A program made the position numbers and the translations under genes. Shown here in pieces: positions 10,774 through 23,521 of a stretch of DNA of 52,424 bases (positions within the stretch are counted from its first letter, which is position 1; every line of letters starts with the position of its first letter). The notes beneath the pieces are model-generated. The model did no database searches, was not told where the DNA came from, and worked only from the letters and a program-made list of their open reading frames with translations. The DNA is from Octopus bimaculoides (Eukaryota), in the NCBI RefSeq assembly GCF_001194135.2, contig NC_068987.1, forward strand, positions 1,792,301 through 1,844,724. The letters run 5' to 3'.

Positions 10774-10821
10774 GTCTTACAGCTGTTTCCGGGATATTTT
10801 ATATATCACTTCATCGGAGAC
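10774..10821 (-). ncRNA. Degenerate minimal type I hammerhead-ribozyme motif (Penelope-terminal type)
   Basis: Minus strand: GTCT-CCGATGA-AG-TGATAT-ATAAA-ATATCC-CG-GAAAC-AGCT-GTA-AGAC. Stem I GTCT/AGAC, palindromic stem III ACAGCTGT, GUA triplet; the core has a U4C change. Confidence 0.55.
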
Positions 10822-10908
10822 GGTGTGAGAAAATGGTCAAGCAATAGTTATTCTAGCTATGAAATAGAGAGTGAAGTGGGGGAATGAAAATAGATGTGAG
10901 ATATGCAG

Positions 10909-10955
<47 letters not shown>

Positions 10956-11853
10956 TGTATGCCACACCGGTTTAGCAAACAGAGGTATATTTCGGACTGA
11001 GTTGTCGTAAATACCATGAAACAGGTATGATGGCCACAACTTGTCTTTAGCTCTAGATTGAACTGGATATAAAAAACAATAGGGACAATGTAATCAAATG
11101 AATTATGATACATTTTTAGAAATATTTGCTTAATCATCCCTGGAAGAATGGAGACTAACATCTACATAGCTTAGTATCGAACGCAGAACATAAAGTTATT
11201 TAACGTGATATTTTAGTGTTTCAACATTGCAGCGCCCGTTGGTGACGTATTGTTATGTGATATACCGGGTACGCCAACACAACAGGACTATATACGGGTC
11301 ACGTGGAGAGGAGGGGAAGCAATCCTTGATTGAATGACGAATTGAGAATATTAACGAGGGTCAAACCCTACCCAACCCGCACACCTTATGTAATTAAACC
11401 ATAATTACACAATTAATTAGACCACACAGGTACATTTACTAACATATAAACATTTACAAAGACATACACAGATACACAGATATATAAGCATTCACAATAC
11501 ACAATATACAAACACAGACGTACGCACACAGATATACATACAAATGCGCGCATACACGCGGGCGTTCATGCAGGTTCGTATAAATAAATATATACATGTA
11601 TACGCTCACGTATTCATACATGTAGGAAGATATACACATATACACCTTTTAGAAATACTTTATTTTCGTTAAATATTTATATCACAATATACATAATAAA
11701 AACCAGCCGCCATGTTTACAGGAGCTGATACACTTTTATAATGGAGTGTATTCAGAATGGGTGTAGAATAAGGTCAACTGGTCTACCACAAATATGGCGT
11801 GTATATGAGTGGATGTGTGAATATAGATATACATATGTATCTATATATATGCA

Positions 11854-11893
<40 letters not shown>

Positions 11894-12713
11894 GATATAT
11901 ATATATATATATATTTGTGTGTGTGTGTATGTATATATAAATTGATATATATAAATAGATATATGTATNNNNNNNNNNNNNNNNNNNNNNNNNNNNNNNN
12001 NNNNNNNNNNNNNNNNNNNNNNNNNNNNNNNNNNNNNNNNNNNNNNNNNNNNNNNNNNNNNNNNNNNNNNNNNNNNNNNNNNNNNNNNNNNNNNNNNNNN
12101 NNNNNNNNNNNNNNNNNNNNNNNNNNNNNNNNNNNNNNNNNNNNNNNNNNNNNNNNNNNNNNNNNNNNNNNNNNNNNNNNNNNNNNNNNNNNNNNNNNNN
12201 NNNNNNNNNNNNNNNNNNNNNNNNNNNNNNNNNNNNNNNNNNNNNNNNNNNNNNNNNNNNNNNNNNNNNNNNNNNNNNNNNNNNNNNNNNNNNNNNNNNN
12301 NNNNNNNNNNNNNNNNNNNNNNNNNNNNNNNNNNNNNNNNNNNNNNNNNNNNNNNNNNNNNNNNNNNNNNNNNNNNNNNNNNNNNNNNNNNNNNNNNNNN
12401 NNNNNNNNNNNNNNNNNNNNNNNNNNNNNNNNNNNNNNNNNNNNNNNNNNNNNNNNNNNNNNNNNNNNNNNNNNNNNNNNNNNNNNNNNNNNNNNNNNNN
12501 NNNNNNNNNNNNNNNNNNNNNNNNNNNNNNNNNNNNNNNNNNNNNNNNNNNNNNNNNNNNNNNNNNNNNNNNNNNNNNNNNNNNNNNNNNNNNNNNNNNN
12601 NNNNNNNNNNNNNNNNNNNNNNNNNNNNNNNNNNNNNNNNNNNNNNNNNNNNNNNNNNNNNNNNNNNNNNNNNNNNNNNNNNNNNNNNNNNNNNNNNNNN
12701 NNNNNNNNNNNNN

Positions 12714-12756
<43 letters not shown>

Positions 12757-13128
12757 GTATGTAAACCGCAAGAGCCTGAAATATTTATGAGATGTATATA
12801 AACACAAGCCGAACATATGTTTGGGATTGCATGGATATATAATAATTTATTATTCCAAACACAAGTACCCAAGTGTGTTGCTTCGTTCTCCTTACATTCA
12901 ACAAACAACACACTCACACATATATATATATATACAAATATCTATTTATATACTGTCATATATGCATATATACACATATGTATATATACACGCACATAAT
13001 AAATATGTTGTTGTACACGCTGATTTATTGTAGCTTGTGTTTTACAAGTACAAAACCATGTTTTGCTCGTATATAATACATTAAATACTGGAGAGAACAA
13101 ACACTAAAAGGCCACTAAGTGACTTGGA

Positions 13129-13170
<42 letters not shown>

Positions 13171-13495
13171 ACACACATGTTCATGGGTATATGTTTGTGA
13201 GTATGTATGGATATATATATATATGTGTATACACATGTATATGTGTCTGTGTACATATATATGTATATTTGTGTGTGCGTGTATATAGATAACAAATAGA
13301 TAAATAGATAGAGAGAGAGCGAGAGAGATGGATTGATAGTCTGAGAGTTAGGTAAGTGAGTAGATATAATGAATATATGTTTATATATACATACATACAT
13401 ACATACATCAAAATGTAATAATTCAAAATGTGTGTATAAATACACACATACACACACATATATATATATATATGCAAACACATCAAACACATGTT

Positions 13496-13535
<40 letters not shown>

Positions 13536-14902
13536 GAAACGTGTGTGTGTGTGTGTGTTTGAATGTTGTGTGTGTTTGCAACAATGAGTACAAGAGAAGA
13601 AAGATAAATATATATATATATATGGAAGAGTAAAAGTTGAGATGTTTACGAGATGTGGCGCCAATTTAGCGAAATATAGAGAAACAGTTTATTGATTTGT
13701 CCCAATAACTCCTTAATTTTCTTTTATGGACCCCCTGAATATGGACCCCCGCCTATGAAAGGCGAACTNNNNNNNNNNNNNNNNNNNNNNNNNNNNNNNN
13801 NNNNNNNNNNNNNNNNNNNNNNNNNNNNNNNNNNNNNNNNNNNNNNNNNNNNNNNNNNNNNNNNNNNNNNNNNNNNNNNNNNNNNNNNNNNNNNNNNNNN
13901 NNNNNNNNNNNNNNNNNNNNNNNNNNNNNNNNNNNNNNNNNNNNNNNNNNNNNNNNNNNNNNNNNNNNNNNNNNNNNNNNNNNNNNNNNNNNNNNNNNNN
14001 NNNNNNNNNNNNNNNNNNNNNNNNNNNNNNNNNNNNNNNNNNNNNNNNNNNNNNNNNNNNNNNNNNNNNNNNNNNNNNNNNNNNNNNNNNNNNNNNNNNN
14101 NNNNNNNNNNNNNNNNNNNNNNNNNNNNNNNNNNNNNNNNNNNNNNNNNNNNNNNNNNNNNNNNNNNNNNNNNNNNNNNNNNNNNNNNNNNNNNNNNTCC
14201 ATATATATGTGTATATATATATATATTCGAAATACGAGGCTAGAAAAAACAGCCAACAGCTGATGAAGGGTCGTTCTTTATCTTGTTTGTTTTGTTTTCG
14301 TTGTTCGAAAGAATAGTTCATATTCCATGTACAAGTACCTCGTACCTTTTTGGTGTACACGTTTCGTGACGTCCTGTGCCTACATATGCATATATATAAA
14401 CATATACATATACATAATCGTCAACCATCCGATGTGTATAGTATCTTAGTATACCCTCCTGTTATATGAAACTGTAAGTTCAAATCCAGCTACATTTAAT
14501 TTTGATTTCCTTCCTTGTGAATTCTATAAATAAAGTATCGGTTTAAACGACGTGATAGCGCGTCAAACAAATTGACCTGTGGTAACTGTCTTTGATCATT
14601 GCGCTCTGACGTCACCATCTGTAACACGAAGCCTTGTCATCAAAGATGAAAAATCAATGGAAGAAGCAGACGGAGTAGGAATAAATGGGGAATCAGAGAT
14701 GTCTTCGGGAAGCGATATGGTTCAAGATTTATATACGTGACATCAAGGCTTGGGGGTTATAAATGAGCCCTAAGCCGTTCACTGGTTAGTGTTGCAGGCT
14801 GAGTCAAAGTGAGACGATTAATGGCACCAACCATATTTTCAGTTTGTTAGTTTCCGCTGATTGCAAGAGATATTGACAATGTATTATTTCTCGTCGTTGC
14901 AG

Positions 14903-15010
14903 GTAAATTTAGACGAATGAACTTACCACTGGATCAGCTGTGTGTATTTAACGATGATACATACCCTTGGATGGAAAGTGGGTGGAGTTACCATATGAAA
15001 AATCTCATCC
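14903..15010 (+). CDS. Coding exon (phase 1-1): (G)KFRRMNLPLDQLCVFNDDTYPWMESGWSYHMKNLI(Q)
   Basis: Acceptor ttatttctcgtcgttgcAG, donor C|GTAAGT at 15011. Length 108 nt, open frame, phase-compatible on both sides. Confidence 0.88.
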
Positions 15011-16797
15011 GTAAGTAATTCTCGCCTTTCAAGTCGCTGCTGTTTACTTTGTTTATTTGGAATCTTAGTATTTATTTTGTGGTCTGAATTGTTGATCTTT
15101 AACTCCTTATCAAGTTTGATTGAGCAGATGTTTGAGCAATGATAACCCAATACCAGAGTGGTTTCAGTGGTTATATGATCAGAAATGTTAGACCTACGTC
15201 AGACCAGGTCAAACGGAAATAACATTAAGGATGTTAGCCCAGTTTCAGGTCTAATCTAGCAGAAATATTATCAAAGATGCCCGGGAAGAGGTTACATTAT
15301 CAAAGATATTAGTCTTATGTCAGGTTTGATTCATTTTGTTAACAACAATTCGTCACCACTGTATTTAGTATTTTTTCAAGGCCTATCAAGTCTAAGATTA
15401 CATTATTCATTAGAATCCTACTTCGTTTTAGAGATTTTACTGATTTTTCTAGCAAGTCGACCGGCTGCCTACTGGCACCGTTTCCTAACTCCAATCTATG
15501 AGAATGAATTAACGTTTTGGAACGTAACTGTTTACTTGAGTAGAGAAATGGTGGGTATTCAACATTTAGTAACAAAATGTTCACCGCCACGTGACTGTGA
15601 ACCCCCAGTATTGCCCTTTTAGTAGCGTGTTACTCGTGGGACCCACAGAATAATAACCTTTCCTAACATGTAGGTGTGTCTTTCCAATAAAAGAAAGGTA
15701 TCTACGGATTGATTTTCTTTGGAATTTGATTGCCAATCTGGTTTTAAGTGTAGTCAATATCTGGATTAGAATTATAGCGTATTTAATAATCTGTATACAT
15801 ATTTAAATGCTGAATATATTGAAAGCCTTACTAAACAGCGGAATTTCTCTTGAAAAAGTATCTCTGATAGGGTGTTTTTAACTATATGTCTGTAACAGAT
15901 ACTTTCTCAAGATCGCTAATACTGAACTAATATTACTTCCATTGCTAATATTAAGTAACAACATATTTGGTTTCTTAGATCAGTGGATTTTACAGAATTC
16001 CTATAAATGAGCCATGAGAGTGAGGAGACCGACATGTTCGTTCTTTTGCGTAAATTACGCGGTGTCCGTAAAATGTAGGGTAACCTCATTTACACTAAAT
16101 ATAACATGCTGAATTCAACATTGTTTTTAGTTTTCACCGTAAATTCTGACTCTTACGCCCCAAGTATATCAGGGTTGACTTTTAACTTGATTCTGGTTTT
16201 TACAGACATTTTATTTTAATGTCAAACCTTTACAAACTATATTCTTGAAATATTCTGAGGTCACGTTTCAAATCATATTAATTCCTGGAAATAATGCCAC
16301 AGACAAAATGGATTTTATTTCCTCCTGAAAAACTACCGAAAGGAATTGTGAGATAGTTTTAGAAACTCAATTTATTTTCATTTCAAATGTAAATTTAAAC
16401 TTTAAGATTATTTATTAAACCAAACTGCATTTACATAAAAGAATAAGTATGAAGACAGCTTGTATTATATTACTTCTTGTTGGTAAAAATACTTGGCCCA
16501 CTTCACAAAATAAAATCAAAATATCTCAGCTACGACATGAAGTCGAGATCTGAAAGGATCTGTAAAATCGTGGTTTACATCATAAAATATCTTACTAATT
16601 AAATTCAGATCCGAATACAACATTAGCAGCATTATATCGGAACATTTTTTTGTGTAACATTCACCTTGTTATTAAAATATCTTCCCAGCATTATCAGACT
16701 TGCCATAATTCAATCATATTGACAGTACGCTAATGTTTGGCTATCAGTTTCACACTTTACCGATGAATATCATTCCAGGCAACATTCTGTGAGACGT

Positions 16798-16851
<54 letters not shown>

Positions 16852-17175
16852 ATGTGTGTGTAAGGAGACCGACAGACAGAGATAGAAAGAAAGAGCACCG
16901 AACTAAATGCCAAGAGATTTAGTTTCCATCTCCTATGTTCTGTCTGCTTTTGATTTTCGCTATTGGTTTCCATTTTGTGTCGTTCGTAAAATGTTTGGGT
17001 GAAATAAGGTTGCTGGAAACGGCTTTCTTTGTAGCCTAGCACCATTGTTAAGGCATAACATATCATATCATATCGTATATATATGCAGGTAGATAGATAG
17101 AGAGAGAGAAAGAAATATATATATATATATATATATATATACATGCATACATTTCTTTTTGTTTTTGTTTGGCAG

Positions 17176-17352
17176 AAATGGAGAATCTGTGGCCGTCGTA
17201 TTGTGGTCTGGAAAGCAGCATTCCCTTCAGTGGAACCTACGATGGACAGTACTGTGAAGGGACGATAGGAGATTGGAACGAGAATACGTGTCTTACCGAA
17301 AGCTCTCTTATTTTGAGGTCAGATACCTGTTCAGCTCTTTTGATCCCTCAAG
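17176..17352 (+). CDS. Coding exon (phase 1-1): (Q)MENLWPSYCGLESSIPFSGTYDGQYCEGTIGDWNENTCLTESSLILRSDTCSALLIPQ(E)
   Basis: Acceptor tttctttttgtttttgtttggcAG, donor G|GTAAGA at 17353. Length 177 nt, lies in ORF 17169..17363, Cys/Trp-rich. Confidence 0.9.
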
Positions 17353-17543
17353 GTAAGATGTGATTCCTCGTTTTTGAAATTTCTTCCTATTGTTAAATTC
17401 ACTCACAAAGCATCGGATGTCACGAGACTATAGTAGAAGACATTGCTGGGGAGTGAGACAGATTCCGATACCTCGTAGTTGCCAAGCTGCGAAGAAAAAT
17501 GATTAGTAATAGTCATGCCTGCTCAATATATAAATACCCCCGT

Positions 17544-17852
17544 TCTGAGTTCAAATTCCGCCGAGGTCGACTTTGCCTTTCATTATTTCGCGATCGATAA
17601 ATTAAGTACCAGTTGTGTACTGGGGTCGACCTAATCGACTGCCCCCCTCCCTCCCCCAAAATTTCGGGCCTTGTGCCTAGAATAGAAAAAAATATATAAA
17701 TACCCCGAAGGTGGCGATCAGGCAGAATTGGTGCCGCACCGGAAAAAATGCTGAGCGGCGTTTATCCCAACTTAACGTTCTAAGTTCAAATGCCACCGGG
17801 GTTGAGCTAAGCTTTAATCCACTTTGCTGGCCTTGTGTCAAAATTTTAAAAC
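17544..17852 (+). mobile_element. Two SINE family B copies (5'-truncated 17544-17690; internally deleted 17709-17852)
   Basis: GTTCTGAGTTCAAATTCCGCCGAGGTCGACTTTGCC...ACTGGGGTCGACCTAATCGACT; the second copy starts AAGGTGGCGATCAGGCAGAA. Confidence 0.8.
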
Positions 17853-18076
17853 CAATATAGCTTCGTGATCCATCTCAATCTTTATCCAATCGACATTCTG
17901 ATAACAACAGACTCATGGCCTTTAATTCATGCTTAGTCTCTCCTAAATACCACCACCCGGTCATACCCAGTCCTAGTGTCTCCATTGCACATATTTCCTC
18001 AGTCAACATTTAACTTTAATCAACTCTGTATACTTCATTCTCGCATCTATTCTTTATTCTTTATTCTCTGTTTCAG

Positions 18077-18174
18077 AATTTGAGTGCCTTGCCTTCTTAA
18101 ACGAGCAAAATGGATTGATTGATAATCTGGTTATAACTCGTAGCAAAGATGGAAAAAATGAATTTAACTGTTGG
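18077..18174 (+). CDS. Coding exon (phase 1-0): (E)FECLAFLNEQNGLIDNLVITRSKDGKNEFNCW
   Basis: Acceptor ttctttattctctgtttcAG, donor TGG|GTAAGT at 18175. Length 98 nt, open frame. Confidence 0.9.
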
Positions 18175-18388
18175 GTAAGTCGTCTTCGGGATACTCTTTT
18201 AGTTCGTCATTCACAGAATTTCAGCCGACCCTACCCCTACTACCTCTCTCACTTATCATTCAGTGCTTTTGTTCAATATTTCATTTCCAGTGGAAATATT
18301 TAGGGACCGTTTCAAGTGTGCGTTTGAGGGTCTTTGAGTATCTATATGTTTGTATGTGGGTAGTGTGTGTATAGACATACTACATAGT

Positions 18389-18421
<33 letters not shown>

Positions 18422-19099
18422 NNNNNNNNNNNNNNNNNNNNNNNNNNNNNNNNNNNNNNNNNNNNNNNNNNNNNNNNNNNNNNNNNNNNNNNNNNNNNNN
18501 NNNNNNNNNNNNNNNNNNNNNNNNNNNNNNNNNNNNNNNNNNNNNNNNNNNNNNNNNNNNNNNNNNNNNNNNNNNNNNNNNNNNNNNNNNNNNNNNNNNN
18601 NNNNNNNNNNNNNNNNNNNNNNNNNNNNNNNNNNNNNNNNNNNNNNNNNNNNNNNNNNNNNNNNNNNNNNNNNNNNNNNNNNNNNNNNNNNNNNNNNNNN
18701 NNNNNNNNNNNNNNNNNNNNNNNNNNNNNNNNNNNNNNNNNNNNNNNNNNNNNNNNNNNNNNNNNNNNNNNNNNNNNNNNNNNNNNNNNNNNNNNNNNNN
18801 NNNNNNNNNNNNNNNNNNNNNNNNNNNNNNNNNNNNNNNNNNNNNNNNNNNNNNNNNNNNNNNNNNNNNNNNNNNNNNNNNNNNNNNNNNNNNNNNNNNN
18901 NNNNNNNNNNNNNNNNNNNNNNNNNNNNNNNNNNNNNNNNNNNNNNNNNNNNNNNNNNNNNNNNNNNNNNNNNNNNNNNNNNNNNNNNNNNNNNNNNNNN
19001 NNNNNNNNNNNNNNNNNNNNNNNNNNNNNNNNNNNNNNNNNNNNNNNNNNNNNNNNNNNNNNNNNNNNNNNNNNNNNNNNATATATATATAAAGTGTGT

Positions 19100-19145
<46 letters not shown>

Positions 19146-21455
19146 GCTGTAACTTGTCAGCAACATGACCTGGTGGAGTGCAGTCTAAATTCGCTAATAG
19201 TGTTATGTGTCTCTTTTGCCGAGAGCAGACATTGAAAATGAGTCGACTGGATCAGAGCTGATCCAGGCTTAAACAACAAGGAAGAATGACACATTAGTTA
19301 ATGTAACACTAGATACACAATGCGTGTAGAAAAGACGGTATTTTTTCGTTTGAAAATTTCTGATCATAGGTCTACTGGATAATGTCTGTCCTGGGGCTAA
19401 ACTACAACAGCAACAACAACAACATCAGGGGCATTAGTAGCAACATCAAAGTCAATGAAAATAGCATTACAGGAACAATAATGAGATACAGCAACGTTGC
19501 GATCGGATCCCACTTACATTACCATAAGGAATGCTAGGAGGAGGAGAAGAAGGAGGCGGAAGAGAAAGAAGTAGGAGGAGGAGGAGGAGGAGGAGGAGGG
19601 GAGGAAATAAGAGATCAGGTGACAGTAGGTTAACAAGAAATATGTCGATGATATTAAGTCATTCAATTAAAGAAGCGGACGAAAATCGCGGATGTTTAAA
19701 ATGTTTGAGTAATCATATTATGGGTTGTTTGGTTGCAATAAAGATTCTGCGACTAACAAGACAACAGCTTGAATTCTAGAGTTTACAGACGACGAAGAAG
19801 AAGAAGGAGAAGAAGAAGAAGAAGANNNNNNNNNNACGTGTGTGAGTGTGTGTGTAATCCTGTGTATCATACTTTACGTAGATGTGTTCTAGACAACCTG
19901 TAAACTGCGGTATTCGTTTCGAGATAGCATCTCTTCTAAACGTATAGTGTTAAAAAACACGGAAATATATCAGTGGCAGTCAAAAAGAATTTCTAAATCC
20001 GTTTATCTGCTTCTTTGAAAGACCCAGTAGTAAGTAAACACCGAATGTTTTTCAGCTGCTTAATGCTGTTGAAACCGGACATAGCGAATGGTCCCACGGA
20101 ATTATTGTGGTAGAGGAAAAAGGAATTCTTGCAGAAAATTTCATATATTTCGATAACATATAAATAAGTGATTTTTAAGAGAAAGACGATTACTTTTGAC
20201 CAGAAACATATTGGGCGAAGGGAAAGAAATGTCCCTAACTCTTGAGAAATTGTCATGCAGAAGACAGAAGGAAGTTTCTATTTAAGATTCCTGACATCAT
20301 AATGAATCCCATGCTTGTCATTTACTTCTTGGCACATTATTCTCAGCTTTAATGTCTGCTGCTGTTGTTGCTGCTGGTGCATTCTCCCAATAAACACAAA
20401 ATCCTCCATTGTCCTACTTTTACCAGCGAACAATTATCCGCCACCCCTGTAAACCCAACAGATAAACTCGCATTCAACAGCGTGAAGTTAATGTAGTTTA
20501 TGTGCAGATTTCGGTACACACAATGCAAGCAGCTTCAACAGTATNNNNNNNNNNNNNNNNNNNNNNNNNNNNNNNNNNNNNNNNNNNNNNNNNNNNNNNN
20601 NNNNNNNNNNNNNNNNNNNNNNNNNNNNNNNNNNNNNNNNNNNNNNNNNNNNNNNNNNNNNNNNNNNNNNNNNNNNNNNNNNNNNNNNNNNNNNNNNNNN
20701 NNNNNNNNNNNNNNNNNNNNNNNNNNNNNNNNNNNNNNNNNNNNNNNNNNNNNNNNNNNNNNNNNNNNNNNNNNNNNNNNNNNNNNNNNNNNNNNNNNNN
20801 NNNNNNNNNNNNNNNNNNNNNNNNNNNNNNNNNNNNNNNNNNNNNNNNNNNNNNNNNNNNNNNNNNNNNNNNNNNNNNNNNNNNNNNNNNNNNNNNNNNN
20901 NNNNNNNNNNNNNNNNNNNNNNNNNNNNNNNNNNNNNNNNNNNNNNNNNNNNNNNNNNNNNNNNNNNNNNNNNNNNNNNNNNNNNNNNNNNNNNNNNNNN
21001 NNNNNNNNNNNNNNNNNNNNNNNNNNNNNNNNNNNNNNNNNNNNNNNNNNNNNNNNNNNNNNNNNNNNNNNNNNNNNNNNNNNATATATATATCTATTTG
21101 TGTGTGTATCTATATGTATATGTATGTATATATCTATGTTCAAAACACGAACTCGCGCATATGCAATCACATATACGCGTACGTACACATATATATATAT
21201 ATCTTAAATCAAACTTTCATATATAAGAAAAATGTTCATATACACACATATAATCGTACATATACATATTAAATATATATGACCATAAATATTTGTACAT
21301 ATTCAAACACACGCATATAGAAATTTATTTATATATGAGTACGTGTGTGTGTTTGTGTGTGTGTATCATATTTATATAATATATTTCAATATACACCTAT
21401 ACATATAATACACGCTTATAATATATATATATATATATATATATACATGATATAC

Positions 21456-21508
21456 ATGTGCGTACGCGTATGTGCGTACGCGTATGTGCGTACGCGTATG
21501 TGCGTATG
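21456..21508. repeat. 14-bp tandem repeat (ATGTGCGTACGCGT) x about 3.7
   Basis: Direct reading; the unit contains the palindrome GCGTACGC. Confidence 0.85.
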
Positions 21509-21895
21509 TGCATGTGTTGGTGTGTATATGTGTGTGTTTAATACGCATACTGAAAAGGGATAGAAATTCTAATAGTCAAGATTTATTAAATATAAAGAAC
21601 AAAATGCTCCGAAATTTCTGTGCTAAAACCTTTATCAAACAAAATTAACGTCCATATATCCAGCATTAAATTCTCGACATCATTCTCACTGGTTTCACTT
21701 GTTCAATTAATACGTTATTTTCTAACTTACGACCAGGTATCAAAGCTTATAATGTGCACAAAGAGACCCTGTGAGACGTCTGACTTCAGGTTGCGGTCCG
21801 CTTTCACAGGATCGACCAGAGCAAACAAGACCGAGCTCTGAGAAGTAAAACAATAATAATACTACAACTACTACAACTAATAATAATAATAATAA

Positions 21896-21922
21896 CTAGC
21901 TGGACCCGTGAAAACTTCACGG
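21896..21922 (-). mobile_element. Helitron 3' terminus
   Basis: Minus strand: perfect hairpin CCGTGAA-GTT-TTCACGG, 6-nt spacer GTCCAG, then CTAG followed by T. Confidence 0.6.
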
Positions 21923-22162
21923 AGAACATATAAAAATGTAAGCATCTGTAAATTGTGTGCGGGTGCCATGAGAAATGTTTCTGTATTGTAACAGTTACAG
22001 AATATAGAAAGAAGTGTAAAACAGATAACTATATAATCCAACCAAAATATCTCAGTTACACAAACATAAACAGAATTACTATTTAACCTTAAAATACTTT
22101 GTGCATATTCAGAGAACCCTCTTGGTTTAGTGGTACGGAATGTTCTTCTGGTATTCTTTTAT

Positions 22163-22560
22163 TCTTTTAATTGTTTCGGTCATTTGACGGTGGCCATGCC
22201 GGAGCATTGACCTTTAGCCGAAGAAATTGATCCCTGGACTTATTTCCTGTAAGCCTCGTGCTTATTCTATCAGTCTCTTCTGCCGAACAGTTAAGGCTCC
22301 TGTGCAGGTGGCACGTAGAAAACACCATTTTGAGCGTGAGCGTGACCGTTGCCAGTACCGCTTGACTGGCCCTCGTGCCGGTAGCACGTAAAAGCACCCA
22401 CTACACTCTCGGAGTGGTTGGCGTTAGGAAGGGCATCCAGCTGTAGAAACTCTGCCGGATCAGATCGGAGCCTCTTGCAGCCATCTGGTTCGCCAGTCCT
22501 CAGTCAAATCGTCCAACCCATGCTAGCATGGAAGGCGGACGTTAAACAATGATGATATAT
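22163..22560. mobile_element. Composite: SINE A 3' module on - (22163-22283) joined to repeat family C on + (about 22290-22560)
   Basis: Family C: GCACGTAAAAGCACCCACTACACTCTCGGAGTGGTTGGCGTTAGGAAGGGCATCCAGCTGTAGAAAC...CCATGCTAGCATGGAAGGCGGACGTTAAAC-(GAT)n; a homologue lies at 39820-40098. Confidence 0.8.
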
Positions 22561-22664
22561 ATATTGTTGTATCTGGGGATGGTCATGTTACCAGTTTAGC
22601 CAACAAAAACACACGCACTATATATTTGGTGTTAATTTGCTTCAGCTTTATTTTACATTACATT

Positions 22665-22725
22665 ACATTAATCGTATTTCGGCCAGAGTTCTTTCGTCAC
22701 ACTTCTGTGGCCTCATCATTAGTGT
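22665..22725 (-). ncRNA. Degenerate hammerhead-like motif
   Basis: Minus strand: ACACTA-ATGATGA-GGCCA-(loop)-TGGCC-GAAA-TACGAT-TAATGT. Stem II is perfect and stem I pairs 5 of 6; core C3 and stem III are mutated. Confidence 0.4.
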
Positions 22726-22880
22726 TCCTTAGCTTTCTTCTTACTTATTTGTGTGTCTTTCCTATTATGTGTGTCTTTATTTGTATGTGTCTTTATCATA
22801 TATATATATATATATATGCGTAAGTTGAATCATATCAGATAAATGGAAAAGGAGTGCTCAATAGATGTAGAGTATACAAT

Positions 22881-22954
22881 TTATTGAAACTGAATTTTTA
22901 TCTCGTGGCGCAGTCTGAAACTCGAGACACGAGATAAAAATTCACTTTCGATAA
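22881..22954. repeat. Short palindromic foldback, 27-bp arms and 20-nt loop
   Basis: TTATTGAAACTGAATTTTTATCTCGTG / CACGAGATAAAAATTCACTTTCGATAA, 2 mismatches. Confidence 0.88.
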
Positions 22955-23164
22955 CCCTGACACTCACATACGCACACAAATACTCAAACAATTACGCACA
23001 CACACATATATATATATATGTATGCATCTTATAGCATAATGCTTATATATACATTATATACACATACACACAGTTATGCATATAGTATGAAAACAGATGA
23101 ATAGAGAAGTCAAAATGAACATAGAGCTCAGTATGTGTGCTTATATATATGTGTGTATGTACAT

Positions 23165-23200
<36 letters not shown>

Positions 23201-23472
23201 NNNNNNNNNNNNNNNNNNNNNNNNNNNNNNNNNNNNNNNNNNNNNNNNNNNNNNNNNNNNNNNNNNNNNNNNNNNNNNNNNNNNNNNNNNNNNNNNNNNN
23301 NNNNNNNNNNNNNNNNNNNNNNNNNNNNNNNNNNNNNNNNNNNNNNNNNNNNNNNNNNNNNNNNNNNNNNNNNNNNNNNNNNNNNNNNNNNNNNNNNNNN
23401 NNNNNNNNNNNNNNNNNNNNNNNNNNNNNNNNNNNNNNNNNNNNNNNNNNNNNNNNNNNNNNNNNNNNNNNN

Positions 23473-23521
<49 letters not shown>

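Noticed and set aside
15020-15700. Possible decayed retroelement on - (ORF 15339..15590)
   Set aside because: Only vague resemblance to RT motifs across several frames; no diagnostic motif could be read.
20056-20163. Phase-0 candidate terminal exon LLNAVETGHSEWSHGIIVVEEKGILAENFIYFDNI*
   Set aside because: Short pyrimidine tract and it lacks the Cys needed to close the module. 51788 fits better; kept only as a weak alternative.
21737-21841. Phase-0 candidate exon VSKLIMCTKRPCETSDFRLRSAFTGSTRANKTEL*
   Set aside because: Plausible acceptor but no strong donor and no family-like motif; it lies next to a Helitron end.
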